Of a DNA stretch of 32,712 nt, positions 1 through 8,077 are shown in pieces. Location of the stretch: IMG/VR virus record IMGVR_UViG_3300044845_000540, positions 1-32,712 of that record. One strand, written 5' to 3'. This stretch comes from a virus (lineage: Duplodnaviria > Caudoviricetes). The stretch's first letter is position 1. Each line of letters opens with the position of its first letter. Both the position numbers and the translations under genes were made by a program. The notes beneath the pieces were generated by a model that saw only the letters and a list, made by a program, of their open reading frames with translations, had not been told where the DNA came from and did no database searches.

Positions 1-130
1 AGATAACACAAAAACATAAACAACATGGCAATTATTTACGGAGTTACTGATCCCTATCCACACAAACACAAATGCATTTACTGCGATTGGGAAGATGCAT
101 ATTATGATGAAGTTAAAGATCAGGCAATTG
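1..130 (+). repeat. Terminal direct repeat, left copy (circular assembly overlap)
   Basis: 1-130 is identical to 32583-32712 except A127 versus C32709. Confidence 0.97.
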
Positions 131-282
131 AATTAGTTAAACAGCATAATGAGACAGCTGATGAAGACGAACAGTTGTTACTTGTTGAATGGGACACTTA
201 TATTGATGAAGCTATTGAAATAGTATCTCAGCATAGTGATGTACACACTGAATGCGATGACTGTCATGACTTTGAAGATTGA
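25..282 (+). CDS. Small acidic protein with two CxxC motifs (putative Zn-binding)
   Basis: CIYC and CDDC motifs; A/C-rich leader. Confidence 0.75.
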   Translation: MAIIYGVTDPYPHKHKCIYCDWEDAYYDEVKDQAIELVKQHNETADEDEQLLLVEWDTYIDEAIEIVSQHSDVHTECDDCHDFED

Positions 283-304
283 AATTTAAAACCAATAAAT
301 ACAA

Positions 305-646
305 ATGACAAACACAATCACAATCCCTGTTGTTGCAAACATGGTAGTTGGCACAACTGAAATCAAACTTCCTTTCTATTTCACATCTGGTGATTATAGC
401 AAAAGTTATTGTTGTATGAATGAAGACTATGTACTTATTCATGTCTACAATTTAGGAGAAGGACGAGTAATGCAAATTGAAACTAAGCAGTATGAAGATG
501 CCGCTGAAGTAGCGTTTCGTTTAGAACGCGAAAGCCGCGATAAACATTATGCACCTATTGAAGAGGCAGTGTTCATGCACCAATTCAGTCAAGTACACAG
601 AGAGATTTTTTATCGAGTTAACCCACAATTAAAACCAATCGAATGA
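305..646 (+). CDS. Hypothetical early protein
   Basis: 113-aa ORF with TAAAACCAAT leader, in operon. Confidence 0.75.
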   Translation: MTNTITIPVVANMVVGTTEIKLPFYFTSGDYSKSYCCMNEDYVLIHVYNLGEGRVMQIETKQYEDAAEVAFRLERESRDKHYAPIEEAVFMHQFSQVHREIFYRVNPQLKPIE

Positions 647-747
647 AACTAATATCTAAAATACTACGTTACATTGTAATTGCAATTGTAATTTATGCAG
701 TTCTAAGTTACTGTCAAGAAATCAATGATTGCCTTATGAAGTATTGA
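643..747 (+). CDS. Small membrane protein (34 aa, MKLISKILRYIVIAIVIYAVLSYCQ...)
   Basis: Translated by hand; ATGA overlap with upstream stop; single hydrophobic helix. Confidence 0.6.
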   Translation: MKLISKILRYIVIAIVIYAVLSYCQEINDCLMKY

Positions 748-748
748 A

Positions 749-756
749 TATATTTG
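749..756 (+). promoter_or_regulatory. Bacteroidota -7 promoter element TATATTTG upstream of recT
   Basis: Exact TAnnTTTG in intergenic DNA 20 nt before the ATG. Confidence 0.65.
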
Positions 757-776
757 CATAATTAAAACCAATACAC

Positions 777-1670
777 ATGACACAATTAACAACAACAACA
801 GCCAATTTGAAGGCTATGTTTAGTAGCGAAGACGTTGCTAAGCGATTGAAAGAAATCTTAGGCAAAAGAGCATCTACTTTTACAACTTCTGTTTTACAGA
901 TAGTTCAATCAAATGAACTGTTAAAAAACGCGGATGCTTCCTCTGTATTAAATGCCGCCATGATGGCTGCCACTTTAGATCTGCCATTGAATAATTCTTT
1001 AGGATTTGCATACATAATACCATTCAATAATAAGCAAAAGGATGGCACTTGGAAGACTGTAGCGCAATTTCAATTAGGCTATAAAGGTTTTATACAGTTA
1101 GCACAAAGAAGTGGTCAGTTTAAGTCTATAGACGCAAAACCCGTTTATGAAGGTCAATTAGTAGAAGACAATTCATTTGCTGGTATCTCATTCAATTGGT
1201 CAAATAAGAAATCAGATAACATACTTGGATATGCTGCTTATTTTCAACTATTGAATGGTTTTGAGAAAGTATTGTACATGACCGTGAATGAACTGCAACA
1301 ACATGGAACTAAGTATTCTCAAACATTTAGAAAAGGATTTGGACTATGGAAAGATGAGTTTGATACTATGGCAAAGAAAACAGTGATAAAATTACTATTG
1401 TCTAAGTATGGTCCACTTTCAATAGATATGCAACAAGCTGTTATTAGCGATCAGGCACTCATTACTGATGATGGACAATTAGAATATATTGATACTAAGG
1501 TGGTAACAACTGATGTTGACCTTGCTTACGTAAGTGATTTAATATCTAACGCAACTACTAAAGAGGATCTTGAACTAATTGAAAAACAATGTGGTGAAGA
1601 TTTGCTATCTCAGTTAAGATTAGAGTTTAATGAGAAAAAAAGTAAAATCACAGGTGAAACAATAGTTTGA
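777..1670 (+). CDS. recT: RecT-family ssDNA annealing protein
   Basis: LDLPLNNSLGFAYIIPF, AQFQLGYKGFIQLAQRSGQF and MAKKTVIK are RecT motifs. Confidence 0.93.
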   Translation: MTQLTTTTANLKAMFSSEDVAKRLKEILGKRASTFTTSVLQIVQSNELLKNADASSVLNAAMMAATLDLPLNNSLGFAYIIPFNNKQKDGTWKTVAQFQLGYKGFIQLAQRSGQFKSIDAKPVYEGQLVEDNSFAGISFNWSNKKSDNILGYAAYFQLLNGFEKVLYMTVNELQQHGTKYSQTFRKGFGLWKDEFDTMAKKTVIKLLLSKYGPLSIDMQQAVISDQALITDDGQLEYIDTKVVTTDVDLAYVSDLISNATTKEDLELIEKQCGEDLLSQLRLEFNEKKSKITGETIV

Positions 1671-1671
1671 A

Positions 1672-1679
1672 TAAATTTG
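1672..1679 (+). promoter_or_regulatory. -7 promoter element TAAATTTG
   Basis: TAnnTTTG upstream of the exonuclease gene. Confidence 0.55.
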
Positions 1680-1696
1680 CACAATAACATAAACAC

Positions 1697-2479
1697 ATGA
1701 ACACGCAAAACATTTTATTTAGAGCATCATCAATAGGTACGTTGATGACAAATGCAAGATCAAAATCTGAGAAACTTTCAGAGACTACTAAAGCGGAATT
1801 GCTTAATGTATACATTCAAGAAAAGTATCATAGACGAGAAGAGTTTAGTAGTAAGTATACTGAAAAAGGCATTGCTGTTGAAGCTGACGCTATTGATATT
1901 TGGAGAAGATTGAATAATGTTATCACTTTCAAAAACAACATTAGATTTCAAAATGAATTTGTAAGTGGTTTACCTGATCTATTGGTTAAAGATGAAAATG
2001 GAGAAGTGATGTATGTTCCAGATATAAAATCAAGTTGGTCATTGAATACGTTTTACAATAGTAAAATCAACTCTATTGATAAATCATACTACTGGCAAGG
2101 TCAAGTGTATTCTTGGCTCACCAATGCACAATACGCTAAGTTCTGTTATGTACTTACAAATGCTCCATTACAGTTAATTGATGATGAAAAGTATAGATTA
2201 GCTAGACGAATGAATCTAATAGATCCACAAGGTAATGAAACGTTTGTAGAAAAAGCTAAACAGATTGAACGTAACATGATCTATGACATGAGTAGATTTT
2301 TGAATGATTATCCTCACGCTAATCTTGAAACAAACATTAGTGATTGGTCACATGATATTCCAATTCAACAACGCATCCATGAAAAGATTGTTGAGTTTGA
2401 TAGATTAGCTATAGAAGAATTAAAAGAAAGAGTACCTTTATGGCGTGAATACATTACTGATTTAGATAAAATTCAGTAG
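1697..2479 (+). CDS. YqaJ/lambda-exonuclease-like recombination nuclease
   Basis: FRASS, KGIAVE, GLPD, DIKSSW and YYWQGQVY motifs; adjacent to recT. Confidence 0.85.
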   Translation: MNTQNILFRASSIGTLMTNARSKSEKLSETTKAELLNVYIQEKYHRREEFSSKYTEKGIAVEADAIDIWRRLNNVITFKNNIRFQNEFVSGLPDLLVKDENGEVMYVPDIKSSWSLNTFYNSKINSIDKSYYWQGQVYSWLTNAQYAKFCYVLTNAPLQLIDDEKYRLARRMNLIDPQGNETFVEKAKQIERNMIYDMSRFLNDYPHANLETNISDWSHDIPIQQRIHEKIVEFDRLAIEELKERVPLWREYITDLDKIQ

Positions 2480-2572
2480 GTTTTGTCTTTTTTTCATTTC
2501 CTAACGTATTGATTTACAGGTGCCAAATGTTAAAATTGTTAAATCTTAACCATAGTTGTGCAAAGTTTTACA

Positions 2573-2580
2573 TATATTAG
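2573..2580 (+). promoter_or_regulatory. Variant -7 element TATATTAG driving the 2623-6062 operon
   Basis: One mismatch to TAnnTTTG; context similar to 32299-32306. Confidence 0.5.
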
Positions 2581-2622
2581 CACATCAAACAAAACAATAA
2601 TAACAATTTAAAACACAAAGCA

Positions 2623-2883
2623 ATGAAAATCGGAGTTTATCAAATCGAAAGAATTACACCAATAACAATTGAAGAGCAACAAACTTGGTGTGATATTCTT
2701 AATGTGCCTTCATTAAAAACAGGTAGTGTTCAGGTACTTGGAGATTACATGATGCAAACTGTAAAAAAATCACTTTTTAAAAAAATGAGAATACTGGCTT
2801 CTACTTTTTACTGTCCTGTAACAAACCGTTTTGTAGATGGATATTATAATGTAGATAATCACACGTTCATAGTTACATTATAA
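2623..2883 (+). CDS. Hypothetical protein
   Basis: 86-aa ORF with A/C-rich leader. Confidence 0.7.
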   Translation: MKIGVYQIERITPITIEEQQTWCDILNVPSLKTGSVQVLGDYMMQTVKKSLFKKMRILASTFYCPVTNRFVDGYYNVDNHTFIVTL

Positions 2884-2945
2884 ATAATTAACGAGGGATG
2901 CGGCTATTCAACGCATATCACAATCACTAATAAAAAAAATCAGTC

Positions 2946-3137
2946 ATGAATACATTAACAGAAATTAAGTCAATGAGTATTGACATGCTAGAGGAAAAAC
3001 TAAGCGCTCTATGCACAATCCTAGGCACACTAACAAACGATTACAAACACGTGTTTGACAGTCAAGAAGAAATATGCTTGATTGTACACGGTCAAATCGA
3101 CAGTATCGTTTTAGAATTAGAATCACGTTTTCAATAA
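2946..3137 (+). CDS. Hypothetical helical protein
   Basis: 63-aa ORF in operon. Confidence 0.65.
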   Translation: MNTLTEIKSMSIDMLEEKLSALCTILGTLTNDYKHVFDSQEEICLIVHGQIDSIVLELESRFQ

Positions 3138-3150
3138 ACAACTTAAGCAT

Positions 3151-3384
3151 ATGTACACATTACTTATAGAACCAATGAAAGGTTATCACACTGAAACAAC
3201 TAAAATTTTCATGTACAATTCTTACAACCAAGCGCTTAATGCTTTTAAAGAAAGATGTGACGCTTATGGTTATGAGTATGACACGGTAGATCCTATTTTA
3301 TATCCATGTGAATGGGAAGCTGGTGGAATTGGACATGATTACAGAATCAGTATTGTAGTAAATTTACTTCATAATTATAAATAA
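3151..3384 (+). CDS. Hypothetical protein
   Basis: 77-aa ORF abutting the next gene. Confidence 0.65.
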   Translation: MYTLLIEPMKGYHTETTKIFMYNSYNQALNAFKERCDAYGYEYDTVDPILYPCEWEAGGIGHDYRISIVVNLLHNYK

Positions 3385-3385
3385 C

Positions 3386-3655
3386 ATGAACATCTTAGAA
3401 CAAGCAAACGAAATCGTCTTCAAAAGATCTGAAGAGAAATCAAGAATGTATGGACCATTTGAAGAAGGCATGCAACGAGCAGCCAAAATCCTCAGTGGTA
3501 TGACTGGTCAAGAATATGATGCTACATTTATGTTTAAAGCAATGATAGCATTAAAGTTCTCTCGTGAATCTTATCATCATAAGAATGATAACTTACTCGA
3601 CGCGATAGCTTATACAGCCGCTTTGAATAACTATGAAAACACTAAACAGAAATGA
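3386..3655 (+). CDS. DUF6378-like nucleotide-modification-associated helical protein
   Basis: Pattern ILEQANEIV..R...YG.F...AA......M..LK..R......DNLLDAIAY recalled as DUF6378; coupled to the glucosyltransferase gene. Confidence 0.7.
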   Translation: MNILEQANEIVFKRSEEKSRMYGPFEEGMQRAAKILSGMTGQEYDATFMFKAMIALKFSRESYHHKNDNLLDAIAYTAALNNYENTKQK

Positions 3656-4680
3656 AAAAAATAGCAATCATTAGTCCATTAGCTAGAGTAGTTATTGATG
3701 GCAAATCAATTAGAAGCTTAGAAGCTATTTATTTAAAAAAGCATCTTGAAAATACACAAAATGCAATAGTGCATTACGTGAGCAAGAAGATCAAAGAAAC
3801 AAATGACTATGTAAACATATTCGAATTGCAACATCTAAATGATTACGATGAAGTTTATATACATAATTTCAATACTAACTTCTTTGGTGGAACTGTTCCT
3901 AAGCTTACAAATGCTTATATGAAATTGCTATCATCATATCAAGGAAAAGTATGGTACTACATAACTGATCCTAAGTTAACATATAAAAATGTAGCTAAAG
4001 AAATCCTTAAGCGCAAGTCCACAAAGTTTGAAGAGGAAATCACAGTTGAACAATTAAAAAAATATGCTGATGATATTTCATTTGTTGAATTAAGAATGAA
4101 CGCGTTGTTCACTGGATACAACTACCAACCTATCTATGGTTTAGATTTCTACAATGTAACTAAACACAACGTGTTTCATGATATAGCTTTAGACATGAAA
4201 GACAATGAAAGCGTTGACTTATTCGCTGAACCAATAAAAAAAGAATTTGACATTTGCTATTATGGTGACAATAGAGGTACACATAGAAACAATAAAATCA
4301 AAAAATACTTCAACAATAGTAGATTATCAACCATGACTATTGGATGTGACCTTGATCTCCAAAACAACACGGTACATGATAAGGTTGAGCATTCTAAGCT
4401 AAAAAGTGTAGTTCAAAGATCTTATTCATCACTTGTAATAGGAGACAAAGAACATGAAAATGCATTTATCACTATGAGATTTTATGAGAATCTTAAATTT
4501 GAAGTAGTTAGCTTCATAGATATTGATTATGATCCAAATAAGACGCTCTTTAAGAGCCAAATATTGAAAGATTTTAACTATATTGCAAGTGAAGCTGAAC
4601 TTTGTAGTAAATTAGCTACCATAAAATCAGATGAAAATTTTTATCAACAAATAATAAACCAACAAAAATTAGAGTTATGA
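3652..4680 (+). CDS. bgt: T4-type DNA beta-glucosyltransferase (GT-B fold)
   Basis: Colinear motif matches to T4 BGT from memory: KIAII, EAIYL (ETIYL), NDYD, NFFGG, YYITD (catalytic Asp100), YGDNRGTHR (R191/R195), IGDK..FITMRFYE (R269/E272), IDIDYD; similar length. Confidence 0.88.
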   Translation: MKKIAIISPLARVVIDGKSIRSLEAIYLKKHLENTQNAIVHYVSKKIKETNDYVNIFELQHLNDYDEVYIHNFNTNFFGGTVPKLTNAYMKLLSSYQGKVWYYITDPKLTYKNVAKEILKRKSTKFEEEITVEQLKKYADDISFVELRMNALFTGYNYQPIYGLDFYNVTKHNVFHDIALDMKDNESVDLFAEPIKKEFDICYYGDNRGTHRNNKIKKYFNNSRLSTMTIGCDLDLQNNTVHDKVEHSKLKSVVQRSYSSLVIGDKEHENAFITMRFYENLKFEVVSFIDIDYDPNKTLFKSQILKDFNYIASEAELCSKLATIKSDENFYQQIINQQKLEL

Positions 4681-4850
4681 GTGAACAACAAATCGTTAAA
4701 GGAACAGAAGTAAAATTCACATCTAAGCGTGAAGAAAAACAAGGTAAGGTTGTAAAAATCTACAATGAAAATGATAAGACATATTGTAAGATCAATTGCA
4801 ACAATAAGTATTATTTCAAACAAATCCAAAAAGTAGAGTTATGCAACTAA
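4677..4850 (+). CDS. Small basic beta-rich protein (57 aa, MSEQQIVKGTEVKFTSKREEKQGKVVKIY...), possibly SH3/KOW-like
   Basis: Translated by hand; ATGA overlap with the bgt stop and overlap with the MazG start. Confidence 0.65.
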   Translation: MSEQQIVKGTEVKFTSKREEKQGKVVKIYNENDKTYCKINCNNKYYFKQIQKVELCN

Positions 4851-5425
4851 CAAATGAATTTGAATCAATTCGTGAATGGGCTAAAGAACGCGGATTGTAT
4901 GAAAAAGGAAATGTAAAGACACAGTTCCTTAAGCTTAATGAGGAAATGGGTGAATTGTCAAGAAGCATCTTAAAAGATGACTACGAAGAGTATAAAGACG
5001 CTATTGGAGACATGGTTGTAGTGCTAACCAATATGGCACATATGACTAATACTACAATAGAGGAATGTATCAATGGTGCTTATAAGCAGATCAAGAATAG
5101 AAAAGGTAAGATGATCAATGGTACATTTGTAAAGAATGTTGAGCAACAAGTTGAAAAACCTATTGAGCAACAATCTTTGACAATTAACTATATGGTGACT
5201 GATATAAATGGACCGTATGATGGACCATTCTCTAAAGACATCATCACATATACGTTAATGAATGGCAATCACATCATACATTGGCATGAAGGTCCTAACA
5301 AAAAATTAGGAGCAAAAATAGGTGATGTAGTTAGTAACATAGTTCTGCATGATGATGGCGTTATTGACTACAAAAAATCAAACGTCAAAATAGTAAGATC
5401 ACAATTGGAAATGCCTTATGAGTAA
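4841..5425 (+). CDS. mazG: MazG-like NTP pyrophosphohydrolase with C-terminal extension (candidate dCTPase)
   Basis: WAKERGL..QFLKLNEEMGEL...DAIGDMVVVL...AYKQIKNRKGKMINGTFVK, with the EExxE..D..D metal ligands. Confidence 0.88.
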   Translation: MQLTNEFESIREWAKERGLYEKGNVKTQFLKLNEEMGELSRSILKDDYEEYKDAIGDMVVVLTNMAHMTNTTIEECINGAYKQIKNRKGKMINGTFVKNVEQQVEKPIEQQSLTINYMVTDINGPYDGPFSKDIITYTLMNGNHIIHWHEGPNKKLGAKIGDVVSNIVLHDDGVIDYKKSNVKIVRSQLEMPYE

Positions 5426-6062
5426 GATCTATGAAAATGCTAATGAAGCATTTGAATCTTTATACTATTGGATTTCAAATTATGGTTTTCCATATGCTAA
5501 TACTAAAGCTACATTATGCTGTGGATTTATGATTGAAAACCCAATGGACAATGAGATTACAACTAAATGGCGTAATTGGAAAAAAGATTATGCTGAAAAA
5601 GAATGGGAATGGTACTTGTCTAAAGATCCTTCAGTTAGTGAAATAAAAAAGCACGCTAAGATTTGGGACAAAATGCACAATGGCAATGACATCGTTCAGT
5701 CAAATTATGGTTGGCAATGGGAAAGAAACAACCAATTGCAATACTGTATTGACGAACTATTAAGAGACAACAACACTAGAAGAGCTTTTATTTCAATCTA
5801 CGATGGAAAGGAGCATGAAAATTACTCTCATGACACTCCTTGCACTCTATCTATTGGTTTCAATATAGTCAACAATAAGTTGAATATGATGGTCCAAATG
5901 AGATCTAATGACTTATGGTATGGTTTCTGCAATGATCAGTATTGCTTCTCTAAACTACAAGAGCACGTTTCAAAAATGGTCAATAAAGAAATTGGATGGT
6001 ACTATCACTTTGTAAATAACCTACATATTTACAATGATTTTTTGAATAAGAACTGTGGTTAA
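5418..6062 (+). CDS. Thymidylate-synthase-fold dCMP hydroxymethylase (T4 gp42-like)
   Basis: EWEWYLS, KIW..SNYGW, TRRA, catalytic PCT, MRSNDLWYGFCND (T4 gp42 MRSNDVVFGFRND, with Asp at the pyrimidine-specificity position), LHIY. Confidence 0.85.
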   Translation: MSKIYENANEAFESLYYWISNYGFPYANTKATLCCGFMIENPMDNEITTKWRNWKKDYAEKEWEWYLSKDPSVSEIKKHAKIWDKMHNGNDIVQSNYGWQWERNNQLQYCIDELLRDNNTRRAFISIYDGKEHENYSHDTPCTLSIGFNIVNNKLNMMVQMRSNDLWYGFCNDQYCFSKLQEHVSKMVNKEIGWYYHFVNNLHIYNDFLNKNCG

Positions 6063-6088
6063 GTGTTATAGGTAGTTGTTATTGTTTG

Positions 6089-6119
6089 AAATGCTCCTGC
6101 AACGGTGGGAGCATTTTTT
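6089..6119. terminator. Intrinsic terminator at the convergence of the two arms
   Basis: AAATGCTCCTGC-AACG-GTGGGAGCATTT followed by a T-run. Confidence 0.85.
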
Positions 6120-6411
6120 ATTTGTTAGCCTTCAAGTAGCCATTTAACTCAGCTAAATGAGAACTAATCATTGCTATCTGTGTTTGAATAGCATCAATTT
6201 TACCTTCTAACTTATCGTTTTTAGAGTTTAATTCAGCTTTTTGCTCTTTGATTGCTTCGTTTATCATTTCAATTTCTCTTTTATGATAAGTTTCAATATT
6301 ACGAACTTGTCCAGCTACTTTGTCTACACTTCTTTTAAGTGCAAAATATAAAGATGCAAGTGATATTGTTGCACCTATTATTGTAATTAAGTCACGTAGT
6401 TCGAATTCCAT
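6118..6411 (-). CDS. Single-TM coiled-coil protein (holin/XhlA-like lysis protein)
   Basis: N-terminal TM LITIIGATISLASLYFAL followed by coiled coil; probable start MEFELRD at 6411. Confidence 0.55.
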   Translation of the reverse strand: MEFELRDLITIIGATISLASLYFALKRSVDKVAGQVRNIETYHKREIEMINEAIKEQKAELNSKNDKLEGKIDAIQTQIAMISSHLAELNGYLKANK

Positions 6412-6412
6412 G

Positions 6413-6853
6413 TTAAAGCAATATAGCATATATAGACAAAACAGACAAAGTTGTTACAGCCAATGTCAAAGTTGTGTTGGTAATTATTAACCGTCTGTTT
6501 CTTTTTTTCAATTCTTTGATCTCATTGTCTTTTTCTGAAGCTATAGCCTTTTCAATGCTTTGCTTATTAGCGTAGATCTCAGCTAATGTTTCATAATTGT
6601 TTGCCTGAATACCTGTGATTTTTGAGTAATATGTAACCTTTAACCGTTCCATTTGATATAAACTGTCAATTTGTTGAGCAGTATCATACCAATATAACAT
6701 GCTATTGAAGTTGAGATTGAAAAGTTGCTGATCGTAAGTTGTAAGTTCTGGTGTAAAATCCTGCTTTAAGTAAGCTGTCCGATTTTTTGAGGGTTGACCG
6801 ATACTGATTAGTGGCATTAGCAGGAGAAGCAGACAATATGTTATAGGTTTCAT
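6413..6853 (-). CDS. Signal-peptide coiled-coil protein with C-terminal hydrophobic anchor (spanin-like)
   Basis: Probable start MKPITYCLLLLLMPL at 6853; C-terminal TLTLAVTTLSVLSIYAILL; overlaps the upstream gene. Confidence 0.5.
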   Translation of the reverse strand: MKPITYCLLLLLMPLISIGQPSKNRTAYLKQDFTPELTTYDQQLFNLNFNSMLYWYDTAQQIDSLYQMERLKVTYYSKITGIQANNYETLAEIYANKQSIEKAIASEKDNEIKELKKRNRRLIITNTTLTLAVTTLSVLSIYAILL

Positions 6854-7115
6854 TTCTGTATATTTCATTAGTGATTTGTTGGCGTTCAATAATAGTGTCC
6901 TGATGAATCTGCAAACTATCTATTTTCAAAAACAAACTATCAGTCTTAGCGTTATTTGTTTCAATGATTTGGTATAGCGAATCATTGATGTCTTGTAATC
7001 TTTCAATAGCTGGATTTGTTACTGGTTTATTGCATGAACGCACAGTAACAATCAATGCAAGTAGCATAAGAATTACAATAGCCGTTCCAACTAAATACTT
7101 TGTCCTTTTCCCCAT
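6702..7115 (-). CDS. Membrane-anchored or lipoprotein coiled-coil protein (spanin-like)
   Basis: Hydrophobic N-terminus ending VRSC; lies downstream of the endolysin. Confidence 0.55.
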   Translation of the reverse strand: MGKRTKYLVGTAIVILMLLALIVTVRSCNKPVTNPAIERLQDINDSLYQIIETNNAKTDSLFLKIDSLQIHQDTIIERQQITNEIYRNETYNILSASPANATNQYRSTLKKSDSLLKAGFYTRTYNLRSATFQSQLQ

Positions 7116-7672
7116 CGCGTAATATGTAAATTCTTAGTTAAAGGTCTGATCTTGTAATAAACACCATCTTGTGATCTTGAGTCACGCATTCCTTGCTCGT
7201 TGGTATTTCCTTCAATAGTACGTACTGAATACCTACCAACCCTATCTACAACACCCGTATGGCCAATACCTTTAAATCTTTGCTTTCTAAAATTAGAATA
7301 GCTTAAAGTCATTACCAATACATCATTATCAGTATACTGTTGTTTGAATTTGCCATCTGTAAATATCACATCGTGCTTATTGTAGGCAGTAGGTGACCAA
7401 CCAGTAATGTTATTAGTAACACCACATTCATTAAGCATAGCCATAACAAAGAAACTGCACCAAGCGTAACCTGGTAACCAACCTTCTTGACGCATTAACA
7501 CTTGTAGTGCTGGATCATTAAACCCTTTGTTATTACCTCCCTTTTCTTTAACACCTACAAATGAAGCGGCTGTTACTCTTACGCAGTAGCCGTCATTACC
7601 AACCAAAGAATCATTAGGAATGATAATAGAAACGCAAAATAGACAAATAAGTACAATTTTATTTTTTGCCAT
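7091..7672 (-). CDS. CHAP-family endolysin with hydrophobic N-terminus
   Basis: AWCSFFV (catalytic Cys), GHTGVV (His) and TIEGNT. Confidence 0.85.
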   Translation of the reverse strand: MAKNKIVLICLFCVSIIIPNDSLVGNDGYCVRVTAASFVGVKEKGGNNKGFNDPALQVLMRQEGWLPGYAWCSFFVMAMLNECGVTNNITGWSPTAYNKHDVIFTDGKFKQQYTDNDVLVMTLSYSNFRKQRFKGIGHTGVVDRVGRYSVRTIEGNTNEQGMRDSRSQDGVYYKIRPLTKNLHITRWGKGQSI

Positions 7673-7992
7673 GAGTTCAATTCCATTTTAGAATAATACT
7701 GCAAATCTTTTGAGTAAAACTCTTTCTGTAAGTTTCTAAAGTTAAAGTTTATGCCTACAAACACAATAAAATTACCAAATACAAGTATTAGTGCAGCCAT
7801 AAACACTTGTTGTAAATACTCTATAGATATAAGTGGATCACCAAAGTAGACTGAACTTATGTATCCAAATACCGAAAAAGCTATAAATGCAAGTGGAATA
7901 GACCACAATCCGTCAAATAATTGTAATTTATATAGCGATTTCTTTAACAAGATCTTATTTTTTGGTTGTTTTTTCTCGTTCTGTTGTTCCAT
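7579..7992 (-). CDS. Three-TM membrane protein, putative holin
   Basis: Three hydrophobic helices; immediately upstream of the endolysin. Confidence 0.55.
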   Translation of the reverse strand: MEQQNEKKQPKNKILLKKSLYKLQLFDGLWSIPLAFIAFSVFGYISSVYFGDPLISIEYLQQVFMAALILVFGNFIVFVGINFNFRNLQKEFYSKDLQYYSKMELNSWQKIKLYLFVYFAFLLSFLMILWLVMTATA

Positions 7993-8077
7993 TTGCTCTG
8001 AGTTTTAATGAAAGTTCACGCTCATATTTGCGCAAACGTTCAGTGTATTCTTGTTTCAGCGTTTTTTTATCACTCAT
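7955..8077 (-). CDS. Small basic protein (40 aa, MSDKKTLKQEYTERLRKYER...)
   Basis: Translated by hand; ATGA-coupled to the upstream connector gene. Confidence 0.5.
   Translation of the reverse strand: MSDKKTLKQEYTERLRKYERELSLKLRANGTTEREKTTKK

Noticed and set aside
1-130. Biological terminal repeat or attachment site
   Set aside because: It cuts through a gene, its length is typical of an assembler overlap, and no integrase was seen
5418-6062. Ordinary thymidylate synthase (ThyA)
   Set aside because: Asp rather than Asn at the specificity position, gp42-like SNYGW and EWY motifs, and linkage to bgt favour a dCMP-modifying enzyme
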